Part shown: one piece after another, positions 17,955 to 29,047 of the stretch | How positions within the stretch are numbered: the first letter of the stretch is position 1 | How the letters are laid out: each line of letters opens with the position of its first letter | Assembly (NCBI GenBank): GCA_041750275.1 | Contig: JBGSZR010000301.1 | Coordinates: 1 to 43,173, forward strand | Direction: 5' to 3' | Length of the DNA: 43,173 nucleotides | From: Gemmataceae bacterium | GTDB lineage: Bacteria > Planctomycetota > Planctomycetia > Gemmatales > Gemmataceae | Position numbers and translations under genes: made by a program | The notes under the pieces: generated by a model | What the model was told of the DNA's origin: nothing | Seen by the model: the letters and a program-made list of their open reading frames with translations, nothing else | The model's database searches: none

Positions 17955-19340
17955 CTACTTCTTCTTCGGCATCACGATCGGGAATGCTTTCGATTCCGTG
18001 CGGGCCGTCTTCAAGTACTCTTCAATCTTCGCCACCACGTCGGGATGCTCCTTGGCTATGTTGGCTTTTTCACCGGGATCCGCAACCACATCGTAAAGCT
18101 GCAGCGGGGCACCGGGCGCGAGGCGGATCGCTTTCCACTTGTCGTGCCGCACCGCCTGCTTCGTGCCGCCTTCGTGGAATTCCCAGTAGAGGAATTCATG
18201 TGTCTTCTGTTCGCCCTTGCCTGTGAGGGTGGGCACGATCGAGATGCCATCGAGCCCGGCCGGTGTGGCAATCCCGGCGAGGTCGCATGCGGTGGGGAGG
18301 AAGTCCCAGAATGCCCAGACGTGATCGTTCACACTGCCCGCTTTCACGTGGCCCGGCCAGCGCACGATCATCGGCATGCGAATGCCGCCATCCGTCAGGG
18401 CCCTCTTGATGCCGCGAAATGGCCCGGAACTCGCGAAGAATTCCGGCTTGTTGCCACCTTCCTGGTGCGGTCCATTATCGCTGGTGAAGAAGACGATGGT
18501 GTTGTCGTCCAGCTTCAACTCCTTCAGCTTTGCCATCAACGTGCCGACGTCGCGATCGAGCCGCGTGATCATCGCGGCCTTGTTCTTCTCCGCCTGTGGC
18601 CACTTCTCATTGCTGTACGGCTCATCGCTCGGCACCTCGTTCCCTTCACCGGTGGCCCGCGTCTTCTCGTTATTGGCGTGCGGCACCGTGGTGGCGAAGT
18701 ACAGGAAGAATGGCTGCTCCTTGTTGGCGTCGATGAACTTCAGGGCTTCATCTAGCACGAGGTCCGGCGAATAGGTGATGAACTTCTCGGCAACGCCCTC
18801 GTTCTTCGATTGCGGGTTCGCCAGCTCCACGCGCGATTCGTTCCGCCAGAGGTAGTCGGGGTAATAGTTGTGGGCGTGGTGCTGATTGAGGTAGCCGAAG
18901 AAGAGGTCGAAGCCTTTCTTCGTGGGGATGCCGGTGGAGCCATCCTCGCCGAGGCCCCACTTGCCGGTGAGGGCATTGCGGTAGCCGGCTTTCTTGAGCA
19001 ATTCCGCGACGCAGATATCGTCCGGTGCGAGCGGGACGTTGCCGCGGGGCACTCCGCCGCCGCCGTTGCCGCGTGTGCGGCAATGCCCCGTGTGCAGCCC
19101 GGTCATCAGGGCACAGCGCGAGGGAGCGCAGACGGTGCTGCCCGCATAGCACTGGGTGAACTTCATCCCCTCGGCGGCAAGCCTGTCGATGTTGGGCGTC
19201 TTGATGAGCTTCTGGCCATAACAACCCAGGTCGCCATAACCGAGATCATCCGCGAGTATGAAAACGATGTTGGGTGGTGCCGCAAGAGCAGGTGATGCCG
19301 TCAGCAATGCCGCTGCAAGCGTGAGTACACAAGCCTTCAT
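17955..19340 (-). CDS. Formylglycine-dependent sulfatase (arylsulfatase family)
   Basis: A signal peptide is followed by 'NIVFILADDLGYGDLGCYG' and the C-x-P-x-R motif 'CAPSRCALMTG'. The alkaline-phosphatase-superfamily core is present. Confidence 0.92.
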   Translation of the reverse strand: MKACVLTLAAALLTASPALAAPPNIVFILADDLGYGDLGCYGQKLIKTPNIDRLAAEGMKFTQCYAGSTVCAPSRCALMTGLHTGHCRTRGNGGGGVPRGNVPLAPDDICVAELLKKAGYRNALTGKWGLGEDGSTGIPTKKGFDLFFGYLNQHHAHNYYPDYLWRNESRVELANPQSKNEGVAEKFITYSPDLVLDEALKFIDANKEQPFFLYFATTVPHANNEKTRATGEGNEVPSDEPYSNEKWPQAEKNKAAMITRLDRDVGTLMAKLKELKLDDNTIVFFTSDNGPHQEGGNKPEFFASSGPFRGIKRALTDGGIRMPMIVRWPGHVKAGSVNDHVWAFWDFLPTACDLAGIATPAGLDGISIVPTLTGKGEQKTHEFLYWEFHEGGTKQAVRHDKWKAIRLAPGAPLQLYDVVADPGEKANIAKEHPDVVAKIEEYLKTARTESKAFPIVMPKKK

Positions 19341-19938
19341 GGAAATCCCCCGGAGAGTGATGAGGCGTATTATGCTCTCATTGAGGTATGGAATCCCTTG
19401 GGGAGCATTTGGTTCCTCAATGCGGAATTCGGAATGCGGAGTGCGGCGTGAAATCCTGAGCTCATGGCTGCATTTGTCGCCGTTCTCCCCCCAGAGACTT
19501 GGTTGTCCTTCGAACAGGTTAGCGGCTCATTCTCAGGACGAATCATGAGGGGTTAATAAGGACGGGCATCGGCGCGAAGGGCGTGAAATAAAGCGAGCCG
19601 TCCGGCTGGGGGGCCGGACGGCTCGCGGGGGAAGGAGTTCCAGAGGGCCGTGCGACGCTTTCCGACTGGGGGTGCGGCAAGTCGCCGGTGGGTTCGGCCC
19701 GGCGGTGCTGGCTGATTCAGGGGAAGCCAGTCACCCGTTGTCGTAGTTCTGGGGGAGAACCGTGTCGACGGAATAAATAAAAGCAGCCACCGTGCCAATT
19801 CGTGAGCCGATGTGCCTGAATTGGGACAAGTTGTTTAATAGTATGTCTTTAAAAATTCGATGGCTAATTGTGGATCAGCCCATTCTGGTCAAACTTGTAA
19901 TTTCGCCTTACCGATTTGCAAGGATTACACGGTAAGCT

Positions 19939-20337
19939 TTACCCAACGAGCGTGCCCGGGCGATATTCCGAATCCCGCACCGGGGGCGGGGCACCCACAC
20001 CCAGAACGGCCAGCGGTTCGGCTCCGTCAAATTCGAAGCCCACCACGTGACGCACATCCACCACGGTGAGCCGTTGCTTCACACGCATCTGCCCCATGCC
20101 GTCCTTCTGGTGATGCTGTTCGATCGCCAGTATCACGCCTTCGTCCTTCAAGAGCAGCACGGTATCGGCTTCCAGCCGGCCCGTGGGCACACGCGGGGCG
20201 TAGGCTTTTTGCCCGCCCGTCACGATGCTATCGGGTCCGGTCGAATCAACGTTGAAGGCCGCATCCAGAATCACGACGCACGGCCCGGTCCAGAGCCGGC
20301 TGCCGCCGAGCAATCGTTCGAGGAACCCGGCATCCAC
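19939..20337 (-). CDS. Hypothetical protein, with weak resemblance to Mth938-like (DUF498) domains
   Basis: This 132-aa ORF matches the local codon-usage pattern. 'DSIVTGGQ…RVPTGRLEADTVLLLKDEGVILAIEQHH' is loosely similar to Mth938-like proteins, but the family was not confirmed. Confidence 0.35.
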   Translation of the reverse strand: MDAGFLERLLGGSRLWTGPCVVILDAAFNVDSTGPDSIVTGGQKAYAPRVPTGRLEADTVLLLKDEGVILAIEQHHQKDGMGQMRVKQRLTVVDVRHVVGFEFDGAEPLAVLGVGAPPPVRDSEYRPGTLVG

Positions 20338-20786
20338 GGCAGGGCCTCCAACCGCGAGTGAGGAGTGGGCGAATCGGCCTGAAGTCTAGTTCACGATTGG
20401 GCAAACGCAACCAGTCGGATGATGCCGACTTCAGTCTGGGAGTGTCCTGTTCGATTTTTCCAGCCCCTGAACTCTCTCGGCGGGCTGTTCGAGTGAGGTG
20501 CTTCTCACTCTCCACTCTGACGTTTACCCCGTGGCGATGAGGAGAGTGAGACCCACAACCTGGCCAACCGGGTTGGAGACTGAGCGAAGTCTGCGCTTCC
20601 GCACGACTACAAGTGGACTGCAACGGGATCTGCCTTATCGAATAGCCCTGAGATCAGCGGGCTTCGAGGGAGCCGAAATTCCTTGTTGCGACCCTCGAAC
20701 GCGTACGATAAAGTATTGTTTACACACCTGCGCTCGCCGCATCCGTGTTCGCTTTCCTGCCTGCTTCTCCCTTCCGGAGTCTGACC

Positions 20787-22250
<1,464 letters not shown>

Positions 22251-22282
22251 GCGGAGGCGGAGAACGAAACGCAATCGAATCC

Positions 22283-22317
22283 TGCCCATCCTGCAATCCG
22301 GATGGGCAATTTTATTC
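22283..22317 (+). terminator. Candidate intrinsic terminator after the DUF1501 gene
   Basis: An 8-bp hairpin (GCCCATCC…GGATGGGC) is immediately followed by AATTTTATT. Confidence 0.45.
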
Positions 22318-22876
22318 ACACTTCCGCTGAGCGAGTCCAGGAGTCATAGCGTTCCTCCGCAAGGCCTATTACTCAGCAAGACTGTGAATCCTCTTGCGGA
22401 GCTTGTCCGAAGGAGAGCGTGAACCGCCGCCGGTCCGTTCCCATGTACTGAGAGAAGCATTGATCCAGGATATCCCGGCCGAGATGGCGGACGCTGGTCC
22501 AACTCGTGCATGCCGAGCTTCTTGACGAGAAACGAATCGAGTTCGAACAGGGTATACCCCGCATCCCAAGTTCGGATAAATCTCTGACACCGTATTGCCG
22601 TGGATCAGCACATCCTTGCCGCGATTAGCGGGATCCGACAGCAACTCGGGGATCACACGGCGAAATGTGACCATCTCATTCGCGTGTGCACTGCTCGGTC
22701 AGACATTGCTGTCGACTCCTCGCGATGCGTCCATCCAGAATCCGATCGAATCAGCGCATTCACTGTGGTTCAGCAACTCGGGCTCTGATGCACCTATCAT
22801 TCACGCTTCGGCCTTCCCTTCGTGATACAATCCTGATGCCTCGGTCGCTCACCTCTTCCTCGTTCGGAGCGATGTC

Positions 22877-24388
22877 ATGTCCGCTTCTCCCGATCGTCGA
22901 TCGTTTCTGCAGTCCTCCGCCGTGTTGGGTGCGGGGAGTCTCGCGTTCCTGGACCATTTGCCGTCCGTCTCCGCCGATGATGCGAAGCTGGATTCGAAGC
23001 TCGTGCGTCTGGAGCCGGATATCGAGCCGCTCGTGCGCATTCTCGAAGAGACACCGCGGGATCGGGTGCTAGACGAGGTCGGTCAGCGCGTGAAGAGCGG
23101 CACTTCGTATCGCGAGGTGCTGGCGGCGCTCTTCCTGGCGGGCGTGCGGAACGTGCAACCGCGGCCGAGTGTGGGCTTCAAGTTCCATGCCGTGCTCGTG
23201 GTGAATTCTGCCCATCAATCGAGCCTGGCCGGACCGGACCGCGAACGCTGGCTACCCATCTTCTGGGCCATCGACAACTTCAAGAATGCCGAGGCTCAGA
23301 ATCTCAAGGAGAGCGGTTGGCGGATGAAGCCCGTGGAGGAGATGAAACTCCCCGCAGCCCACCGGGCCCGTGAAGCGTTCACCGAGGCGATGCAGAACTG
23401 GGATGTGGAGGCCGCCGATGTGGCTGTGGCTGCGTATGCCCGCTCGGCGACTTCGCATGAACTCTTCGACACCTTTGCACGGTTCGGGTGCCGCGATTTC
23501 CGCGACATCGGCCACAAGGCGATCTTCGTGGCCAACGCCTTCCGCTGCCTGGACACCATCGGCTGGCGTTATTCGGAACCCGTGCTCCGTTCACTCGCCT
23601 ATGCCCTGCTCGCACATGAAGGGGATAACCCTGCGAAGCGCGATGGCAAGCCGGACCAGAGCGGGCGGCGCAACGCGGAACTGGCTCGCAAGTTCACCGC
23701 GGAGTGGCAGAACGGCAAGCCCAGCCCGGAAGCGAGCGGCGAAGTGCTGGCCGCCACACGCACCGCATCCGATGCGGAACTCAGTGACAGGGCACTGTCA
23801 CTCGTGAACGGCGGCGTCGCTCCGGCCAGCGTGTGGGATGGGCTCTTCTGCGGTGCCGGCGAATTACTCATGCGGCAGCCGGGCATCGTCGGCCTGCACA
23901 CACTCACCACACTTAACGCCCTGCACTTCAGCTATGGCACCTGCACCGATGACCACACCCGCAAACTGCTACTCCTGCAGGCGGCCGCATTCGTGCCGCA
24001 GTTCCGCGAAGCGATGAAGTCGCGCGGCAAACTCGGTGAAGCGCGCATCGACGCGCTCGGCACCGAGGGCAAGGCCGCTCCCGTGAAGTTCGAATCCATC
24101 CTGCAGACACTCTCGAAGGATAAGCCCGCGGCCGCGCGACTGGCGGCAGATTATCTTCGCACGAATCCGCACGGTGCCCGCGAGTTGGTGGACGCCGCGC
24201 GGTTGCTCATCTTTTTGAAGGGCACCGATTCCCACGACTACAAGTTCAGCGCAGCGGTGATGGAGGACCACACGCACATCGCCGCTCCCTGGCGCGACCG
24301 CTTCTTGGCCGCGAGCCTCTTCTGGCTCAAGGGAGCCAGCGGGCCCGACTCACCAGTGGTGCAGCGCACCCGGGCCGCGCTCGCGTGA
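22877..24388 (+). CDS. Tat-secreted hypothetical protein (503 aa), possibly DUF1800-like
   Basis: It has a twin-arginine signal ('DRRSFLQSSAVLGAGSLAF') and is α-helical rich. No family was confidently recognised. DUF1800 is suggested only because DUF1800/DUF1501 pairs are common, not from any recognised motif. Confidence 0.6.
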   Translation: MSASPDRRSFLQSSAVLGAGSLAFLDHLPSVSADDAKLDSKLVRLEPDIEPLVRILEETPRDRVLDEVGQRVKSGTSYREVLAALFLAGVRNVQPRPSVGFKFHAVLVVNSAHQSSLAGPDRERWLPIFWAIDNFKNAEAQNLKESGWRMKPVEEMKLPAAHRAREAFTEAMQNWDVEAADVAVAAYARSATSHELFDTFARFGCRDFRDIGHKAIFVANAFRCLDTIGWRYSEPVLRSLAYALLAHEGDNPAKRDGKPDQSGRRNAELARKFTAEWQNGKPSPEASGEVLAATRTASDAELSDRALSLVNGGVAPASVWDGLFCGAGELLMRQPGIVGLHTLTTLNALHFSYGTCTDDHTRKLLLLQAAAFVPQFREAMKSRGKLGEARIDALGTEGKAAPVKFESILQTLSKDKPAAARLAADYLRTNPHGARELVDAARLLIFLKGTDSHDYKFSAAVMEDHTHIAAPWRDRFLAASLFWLKGASGPDSPVVQRTRAALA

Positions 24389-24441
24389 GTGGGGAAACGA
24401 GGCCGTGCGAGGAATCCGAAAGCCGAGTGAGATTCACTTTC

Positions 24442-25422
24442 TCACGCCTCCTCTCCGTTCTGAAGCGATGCTTCCCAGGCTTGAAGCACCCGTTCCACTG
24501 CGTGGGATGCCTGGGCCGGGATGGGTGCCAGTGTGGGGAGATGGCGGAACCAGGTGAGTTGTCGCTTGGCGAATTGCCGCGTGCGGATGCGGATGGTGTC
24601 GATGAGTTCGGCCCAGGGCATGCCGTTGCCTTCGAGGTGGTCGAGCAGTTCGCGATAGCCCAGAGCCTGGCGTGCTTCACGGCTCAGTGGAAGCGGTTGG
24701 GTTCGCAGATGTTGCACTTCCTCCAGCCAGCCGCTTTCGAGCATCTCGCTCACACGCTGGTCAATCCGCTGATAAAGCTCTTCACGGGGGAGTTCGAGCA
24801 CAACAGCGGGAATGCGACGGGGTGGCGGCACCACCGTCGCATTATTTGCGAACGCAGGAGTATCCCACGATTGCTGCCAGGCCGAGATCGGCCGACCCGT
24901 CAGTTCGAATACTTCCAGCGCCCGCACGACACGGCGCACGTCGTTCGGATGCAAGCGAGTCGCAGAGCGTGAATCGATGATCGCCAGGCGGGCGTGCAGT
25001 GCATCCTTGCCGAGGTGCTCCGCCTCTGCCTCCAAACGTTCACGCAGCTCCGCGTTCCCTGGTGGGCCTGGGAAAAGGCCATGAAGCAGCGCTTTCAAAT
25101 AGAACGGTGTGCCACCCACAATGAGGGGAACCTTGCCCCGGTTTGTGATATCGGCACACGCGGCTTCCGCACGGGCCAACCAGCTGGCGACTGTCGCCGA
25201 TTCCCACGGTTCGAGCACATCGATGAGATGATGGGGGATGCGTTCTCGCTGTGATGCCCCGGGCTTGGCGGTGCCGATATTCATGCCGCGGTACAGCGTC
25301 ATGGAATCCATGGCGATGATCTCACCACCGATTCGGTCGGCTATTTCCAGTGCCAGTGCCGATTTGCCACTGGCGGTGGGGCCGGTCAAGATGCGGGCAG
25401 TCGCAAGCATGGAATGGTTCAA
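24442..25422 (-). CDS. miaA: tRNA dimethylallyltransferase
   Basis: The P-loop 'LTGPTASGKSALAL' is present, followed by 'MDSMTLYRGMNIGTAKP' and 'HHLIDV', all typical of MiaA. Confidence 0.92.
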   Translation of the reverse strand: MNHSMLATARILTGPTASGKSALALEIADRIGGEIIAMDSMTLYRGMNIGTAKPGASQRERIPHHLIDVLEPWESATVASWLARAEAACADITNRGKVPLIVGGTPFYLKALLHGLFPGPPGNAELRERLEAEAEHLGKDALHARLAIIDSRSATRLHPNDVRRVVRALEVFELTGRPISAWQQSWDTPAFANNATVVPPPRRIPAVVLELPREELYQRIDQRVSEMLESGWLEEVQHLRTQPLPLSREARQALGYRELLDHLEGNGMPWAELIDTIRIRTRQFAKRQLTWFRHLPTLAPIPAQASHAVERVLQAWEASLQNGEEA

Positions 25423-26129
25423 GGTGCCAGGTCAATCGGTTCCGCTTCCGGCTCGCGCGGCGGTTCCGTGCGGAGGATCGGTTCGCCCCCTGCATCCAGG
25501 TACATTTGATAATGCTGCATGCGCAGATGCAACCCGGCCATGACCACGAGTGCCGCGGCGGGATAGACACCCACGAAGCAGGCCAGCAAACCGAGCAAGC
25601 AGATGCCGAAGCCGATCAGTTGATAAATGATAATTGAAATCGCCGTCGATTTGCCGAGCCGCTGCCAGAAGTCCAGGACGAAGGCCTTGCATTCGGCGAA
25701 CTCGAGCTTCCGAGTCAGCTCGGCGTGGATCACAGCCGGCCACATGACACTGATGCCGAGCAGGATGATGATCAAGTACGCAAGGCCTGCCAGCCCAAAG
25801 CCGACCTCCGGCACCTTGATCAGGAAGCCAAAACCGATCGCAAGTCCACCGAACACCAGCACGAACAGCATGATCACAAGCTGCAAGATCAACTGCACCA
25901 CGAACGGCCAGATGCCCCAGTTCAAGTAGTCCCCGAAGCGATCGAAGGTGAACTCCGGGTGCTCTTCCATCTGGGGATCACGCAGCAAGCGTCGACCGAC
26001 GCTGGACTGATAGCCAAGCAGCACGATCGGCCCCACGACCGGAATGATCATGCAGAGTGTGATGAGGAGCAGGTTATTCCAGCCGCCCGCACGGTGAATG
26101 ATGAACTTGAAGGCAAGATCGTAATTCAT
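25419..26129 (-). CDS. DUF4013-family membrane protein
   Basis: 'MNYDLAFKFIIHRAGGWNNLLLITLCMIIPVVGPIVLLGYQ' matches the DUF4013 N-terminus as I recall it. There are about 6 TM helices. A 4-nt ATGA overlap joins it to miaA. Confidence 0.6.
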   Translation of the reverse strand: MNYDLAFKFIIHRAGGWNNLLLITLCMIIPVVGPIVLLGYQSSVGRRLLRDPQMEEHPEFTFDRFGDYLNWGIWPFVVQLILQLVIMLFVLVFGGLAIGFGFLIKVPEVGFGLAGLAYLIIILLGISVMWPAVIHAELTRKLEFAECKAFVLDFWQRLGKSTAISIIIYQLIGFGICLLGLLACFVGVYPAAALVVMAGLHLRMQHYQMYLDAGGEPILRTEPPREPEAEPIDLAP

Positions 26130-26333
26130 GTCGGTCTCATGTAGCCGGAAGTAGCGGGAGCGTGTTTCACAGCAAGTTAACCGAACTCCGAGCCAGACTC
26201 CCAGGTAATTCGCACAGTGCGACAGAGCATTTAGGCGAACGAACGCATTTCACCTTGCGACGTGCCCGGTCGAGGATGCGGGGGGTTCAAGACACCATCT
26301 CGCACGCACAGGTGCCAGCGCGAATCAAACCAT

Positions 26334-27989
26334 TTACGCCAGCGGGCGGCCAGAGCGGCGGTTCTTCTCCACCTTCGCGGCCGTTTCAAGGGCAATCTGC
26401 TGCCACCAGCTTTTCCAGCCCGGATGAAGCCGAGACCCCGCGGCCAGGTAGCTTCGCAGAAAGCGGAGTCGCTGCGATCGCGTGACCTGGCCCGGCGTGA
26501 GGAAACTGGCGTTCAGGCGGGCAAGTTCACGGCAGCGCTGGCGGAAGCCAACAACACGCCCCACTCGCACACCGACGAGGTCGATGAACACGGGTGAACC
26601 CTCACGCAGCAGAATGTTCGCCGCCTTCAAATCGCGGTGCGAAACAGCGCGATCGTGCATCGCCCGAATGAGCCGCGGAAGTTCTTCGACAGGCACGGCC
26701 GCATCGAGATCACACGCCGCCGGCACCAGTTCCGTCAGCAAATAGCCCTCGGCCGGCAAGCCACGGCGATAGCGGTGAAACGCCGCGAGCGGTCGCGGTG
26801 TCGGCAACCAGCGGTCGCGCAGGGTGTGGCCATTCATCCAGGAACGCAGCACGGGCGAACGCCGCAACCGATTCTTGAGCGGCTCATGCCATTTGCGGAT
26901 GTTGACCCGCTTGAGCACAACCTCAAGCGGGCCCGTAGGTGTGATCAACGTGAACGCGGCCACCGTCGAGGTGCGCGAATCCTTCAGCAACTTCACATCA
27001 CTGTGGTTAAAAATAGCGTCCGGGTCCGGCAAGAGTGCTTGCAGGGCCGCCTCTGGCAGATCACGCACGACGTGTCCCCGAAGCGAGTTCCGCTTCACCT
27101 GGCGGAAATAGCGATTGGTGCCGAGGCAGCGCGATTGCCGGCCAGCCCAGAAGCCGAGATTCGAGCGAAGCGTTGCACACTCTACTTCGCGGGCGAGCTT
27201 CGCCGAGGAAGCCTGACGCAGTGCGAAGCGATGGGCGAAATAGCTGCACCAGAAGCGATGGCGGTCGCTGCGGGTGACACGCATCTGGAACCAGCGGTTG
27301 AAGAGTGTGAGGTTGGCCCGGCTTTCGCGCCACGAAAGCACTGAGCCAATGCGTACGGCGTGCAGGTCGATGAGCACGAATCGTGGAATGCCATCGGCCG
27401 GCCATTCGACCAGAAGATTGCCGGCGTGTGGGTCCGGGTGGGCGACACCAGCCTCGTGCATCGCGGCCAGGAACTCGCCGAGCCCATGGGCGAGTTGCCG
27501 GCGCATGGCGGGTTGGGCGTCGAGCGGAGCCGTGGGCAGCACGCGTTCGGCGAACTCGAGGAAGGAAATTGCCCGCTCCTCGGCGCGGGTGATGAGGAAG
27601 CTTTCGCCCGGCCATACGGAATCGATGTGTCCCCAGGCCAGCGGTTCCACGGCCGCGATGCCACGCTCGGCCAGCAGGCGTGCGTTCTCGAATTCGAGCT
27701 TCGCTTTCGCGGGCCGAAGCACCTCTCGTGCCCAGGCCCGTGGACCCGTGATGCGGCAATGTTTCACGAAGATGGTGGCCGTGGGGAGCGTCACGCGGTA
27801 AACGATGCGGGCGGGGTTCGACTTCACGATGATCGCCGAGCCATCCGCGATCCAGCGGGCGAGATCGGGCGCGTCGAATACGAACTTCGCCGCGGGTGTG
27901 AGGTGCCAGACGCGGCCCTGTTGTGTCACACGCCGCTCGACGCGGCGCGACCCGAAAGGCGAGAGTTTGCGGAGGAAGTGGCTGAACAT
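26334..27989 (-). CDS. Lipopolysaccharide kinase (Kdo/WaaP/InaA, PF06293) family protein with two kinase-like halves
   Basis: The first half has the catalytic-loop-like 'HPDPHAGNLLVEW' and 'VLIDLHAV'. The second half has the canonical 'SHRDLKAANILLREG' and 'FIDLVGV'. The start is placed at ATG 27989, 12 nt past the stop of the upstream GT4 gene. The longer ORF running to 28163 would overlap it. Confidence 0.72.
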   Translation of the reverse strand: MFSHFLRKLSPFGSRRVERRVTQQGRVWHLTPAAKFVFDAPDLARWIADGSAIIVKSNPARIVYRVTLPTATIFVKHCRITGPRAWAREVLRPAKAKLEFENARLLAERGIAAVEPLAWGHIDSVWPGESFLITRAEERAISFLEFAERVLPTAPLDAQPAMRRQLAHGLGEFLAAMHEAGVAHPDPHAGNLLVEWPADGIPRFVLIDLHAVRIGSVLSWRESRANLTLFNRWFQMRVTRSDRHRFWCSYFAHRFALRQASSAKLAREVECATLRSNLGFWAGRQSRCLGTNRYFRQVKRNSLRGHVVRDLPEAALQALLPDPDAIFNHSDVKLLKDSRTSTVAAFTLITPTGPLEVVLKRVNIRKWHEPLKNRLRRSPVLRSWMNGHTLRDRWLPTPRPLAAFHRYRRGLPAEGYLLTELVPAACDLDAAVPVEELPRLIRAMHDRAVSHRDLKAANILLREGSPVFIDLVGVRVGRVVGFRQRCRELARLNASFLTPGQVTRSQRLRFLRSYLAAGSRLHPGWKSWWQQIALETAAKVEKNRRSGRPLA

Positions 27990-28000
27990 GGGTGTGCCGG

Positions 28001-29014
28001 TTAACCCGCCCTCCGCGTTGGTTCGTTCAATCGCGGTAGCGCTGCGAGCCATAGCTGGCTGCCGGCGGTGGTGCTGTAAGCTTGTTTCACCTGCTCGCGA
28101 CCATTCCGGCCGAGGCGTTGCCGCAAGCTTGCCTCGGTGAGTTGCCGCACGGCGTTCACCCATTGCTCGGTGGTGCTGGCCTGGAAGCCGGTGACACCTT
28201 CACGCACGAACGCTGCCTGCACGCCGACGGGGTTGGCAATCACCGGTAGGCCCGCAGCCTGATATTGCAGCACCTTCAGCCCGCACTTGCCCCGGCTCCA
28301 GGGGTCGTCCGGCACCCAGCCGATGCCGATATCCGCGCTCGTAATCTCGGCAGCCTCGGTGGCATCATTCCAGGGGCAACGATCGACGGGCATATCCGGG
28401 ATGTCGATAAAACGATCGCAGATAAGCTTGAGCCGCGTGCCGGGCACGGCCCGACCGATGGCGGACAGCGTGGGTGTGAACTGCTCCAGGCCGCGCAGTG
28501 TGCTGGATGAACCGACCCAGACGAGTTGCAGCCCCGCTCGCGCAGGCCGTTCGCTGTGCGGATACTTCACCATGTCGATGCAGGTGGGCACCACAATAAC
28601 GCGCTCGGATGTGGTGTACCTTCGTGCCGCCTCGGCGAGGTACCCGTTGCCCGCGAGAACCAGGTCGCACGCTTCAATGATGCGGCGAAAGCGGTGTGTG
28701 CGTTTCGGCGATTCGAAGCCCTTCGCGGCATAAGAATCACGCAGCCACACGGCGTCGTCGAAATCGAACAGAAGTTTCTTCACACGGCGGCGGAGCAGAG
28801 TGAGTGCGACACGCGGGAGCAACTTGCGTTGCACAATCACCGCATCGGCAGCGGCAAGGTCGCGGCCGAGGGTCAGTCGAGCGAACCACGAAGAGGGCAG
28901 TGCTTGAATCGTCAGGGAATGCCCCACAGCTTCGAGCGCAGGGCGAAATGCTGCCAGCCGATAGCGGGCACAGACATGATTCTCAGACTCGGCCAACGCA
29001 ACCAGCTGCACCAC
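28001..29014 (-). CDS. Glycosyltransferase family 4 (GT-B fold)
   Basis: C-terminal 'GWVPDDPWSRGKCGLKVLQYQAAGLPVIANPVGV…VREGVTGF' is the EX7E-type GT4 nucleotide-sugar-binding region. Confidence 0.82.
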   Translation of the reverse strand: MVQLVALAESENHVCARYRLAAFRPALEAVGHSLTIQALPSSWFARLTLGRDLAAADAVIVQRKLLPRVALTLLRRRVKKLLFDFDDAVWLRDSYAAKGFESPKRTHRFRRIIEACDLVLAGNGYLAEAARRYTTSERVIVVPTCIDMVKYPHSERPARAGLQLVWVGSSSTLRGLEQFTPTLSAIGRAVPGTRLKLICDRFIDIPDMPVDRCPWNDATEAAEITSADIGIGWVPDDPWSRGKCGLKVLQYQAAGLPVIANPVGVQAAFVREGVTGFQASTTEQWVNAVRQLTEASLRQRLGRNGREQVKQAYSTTAGSQLWLAALPRLNEPTRRAG

Positions 29015-29047
29015 AACCCTCCCTGGTTCAGGTGCGAATGATTCGTG

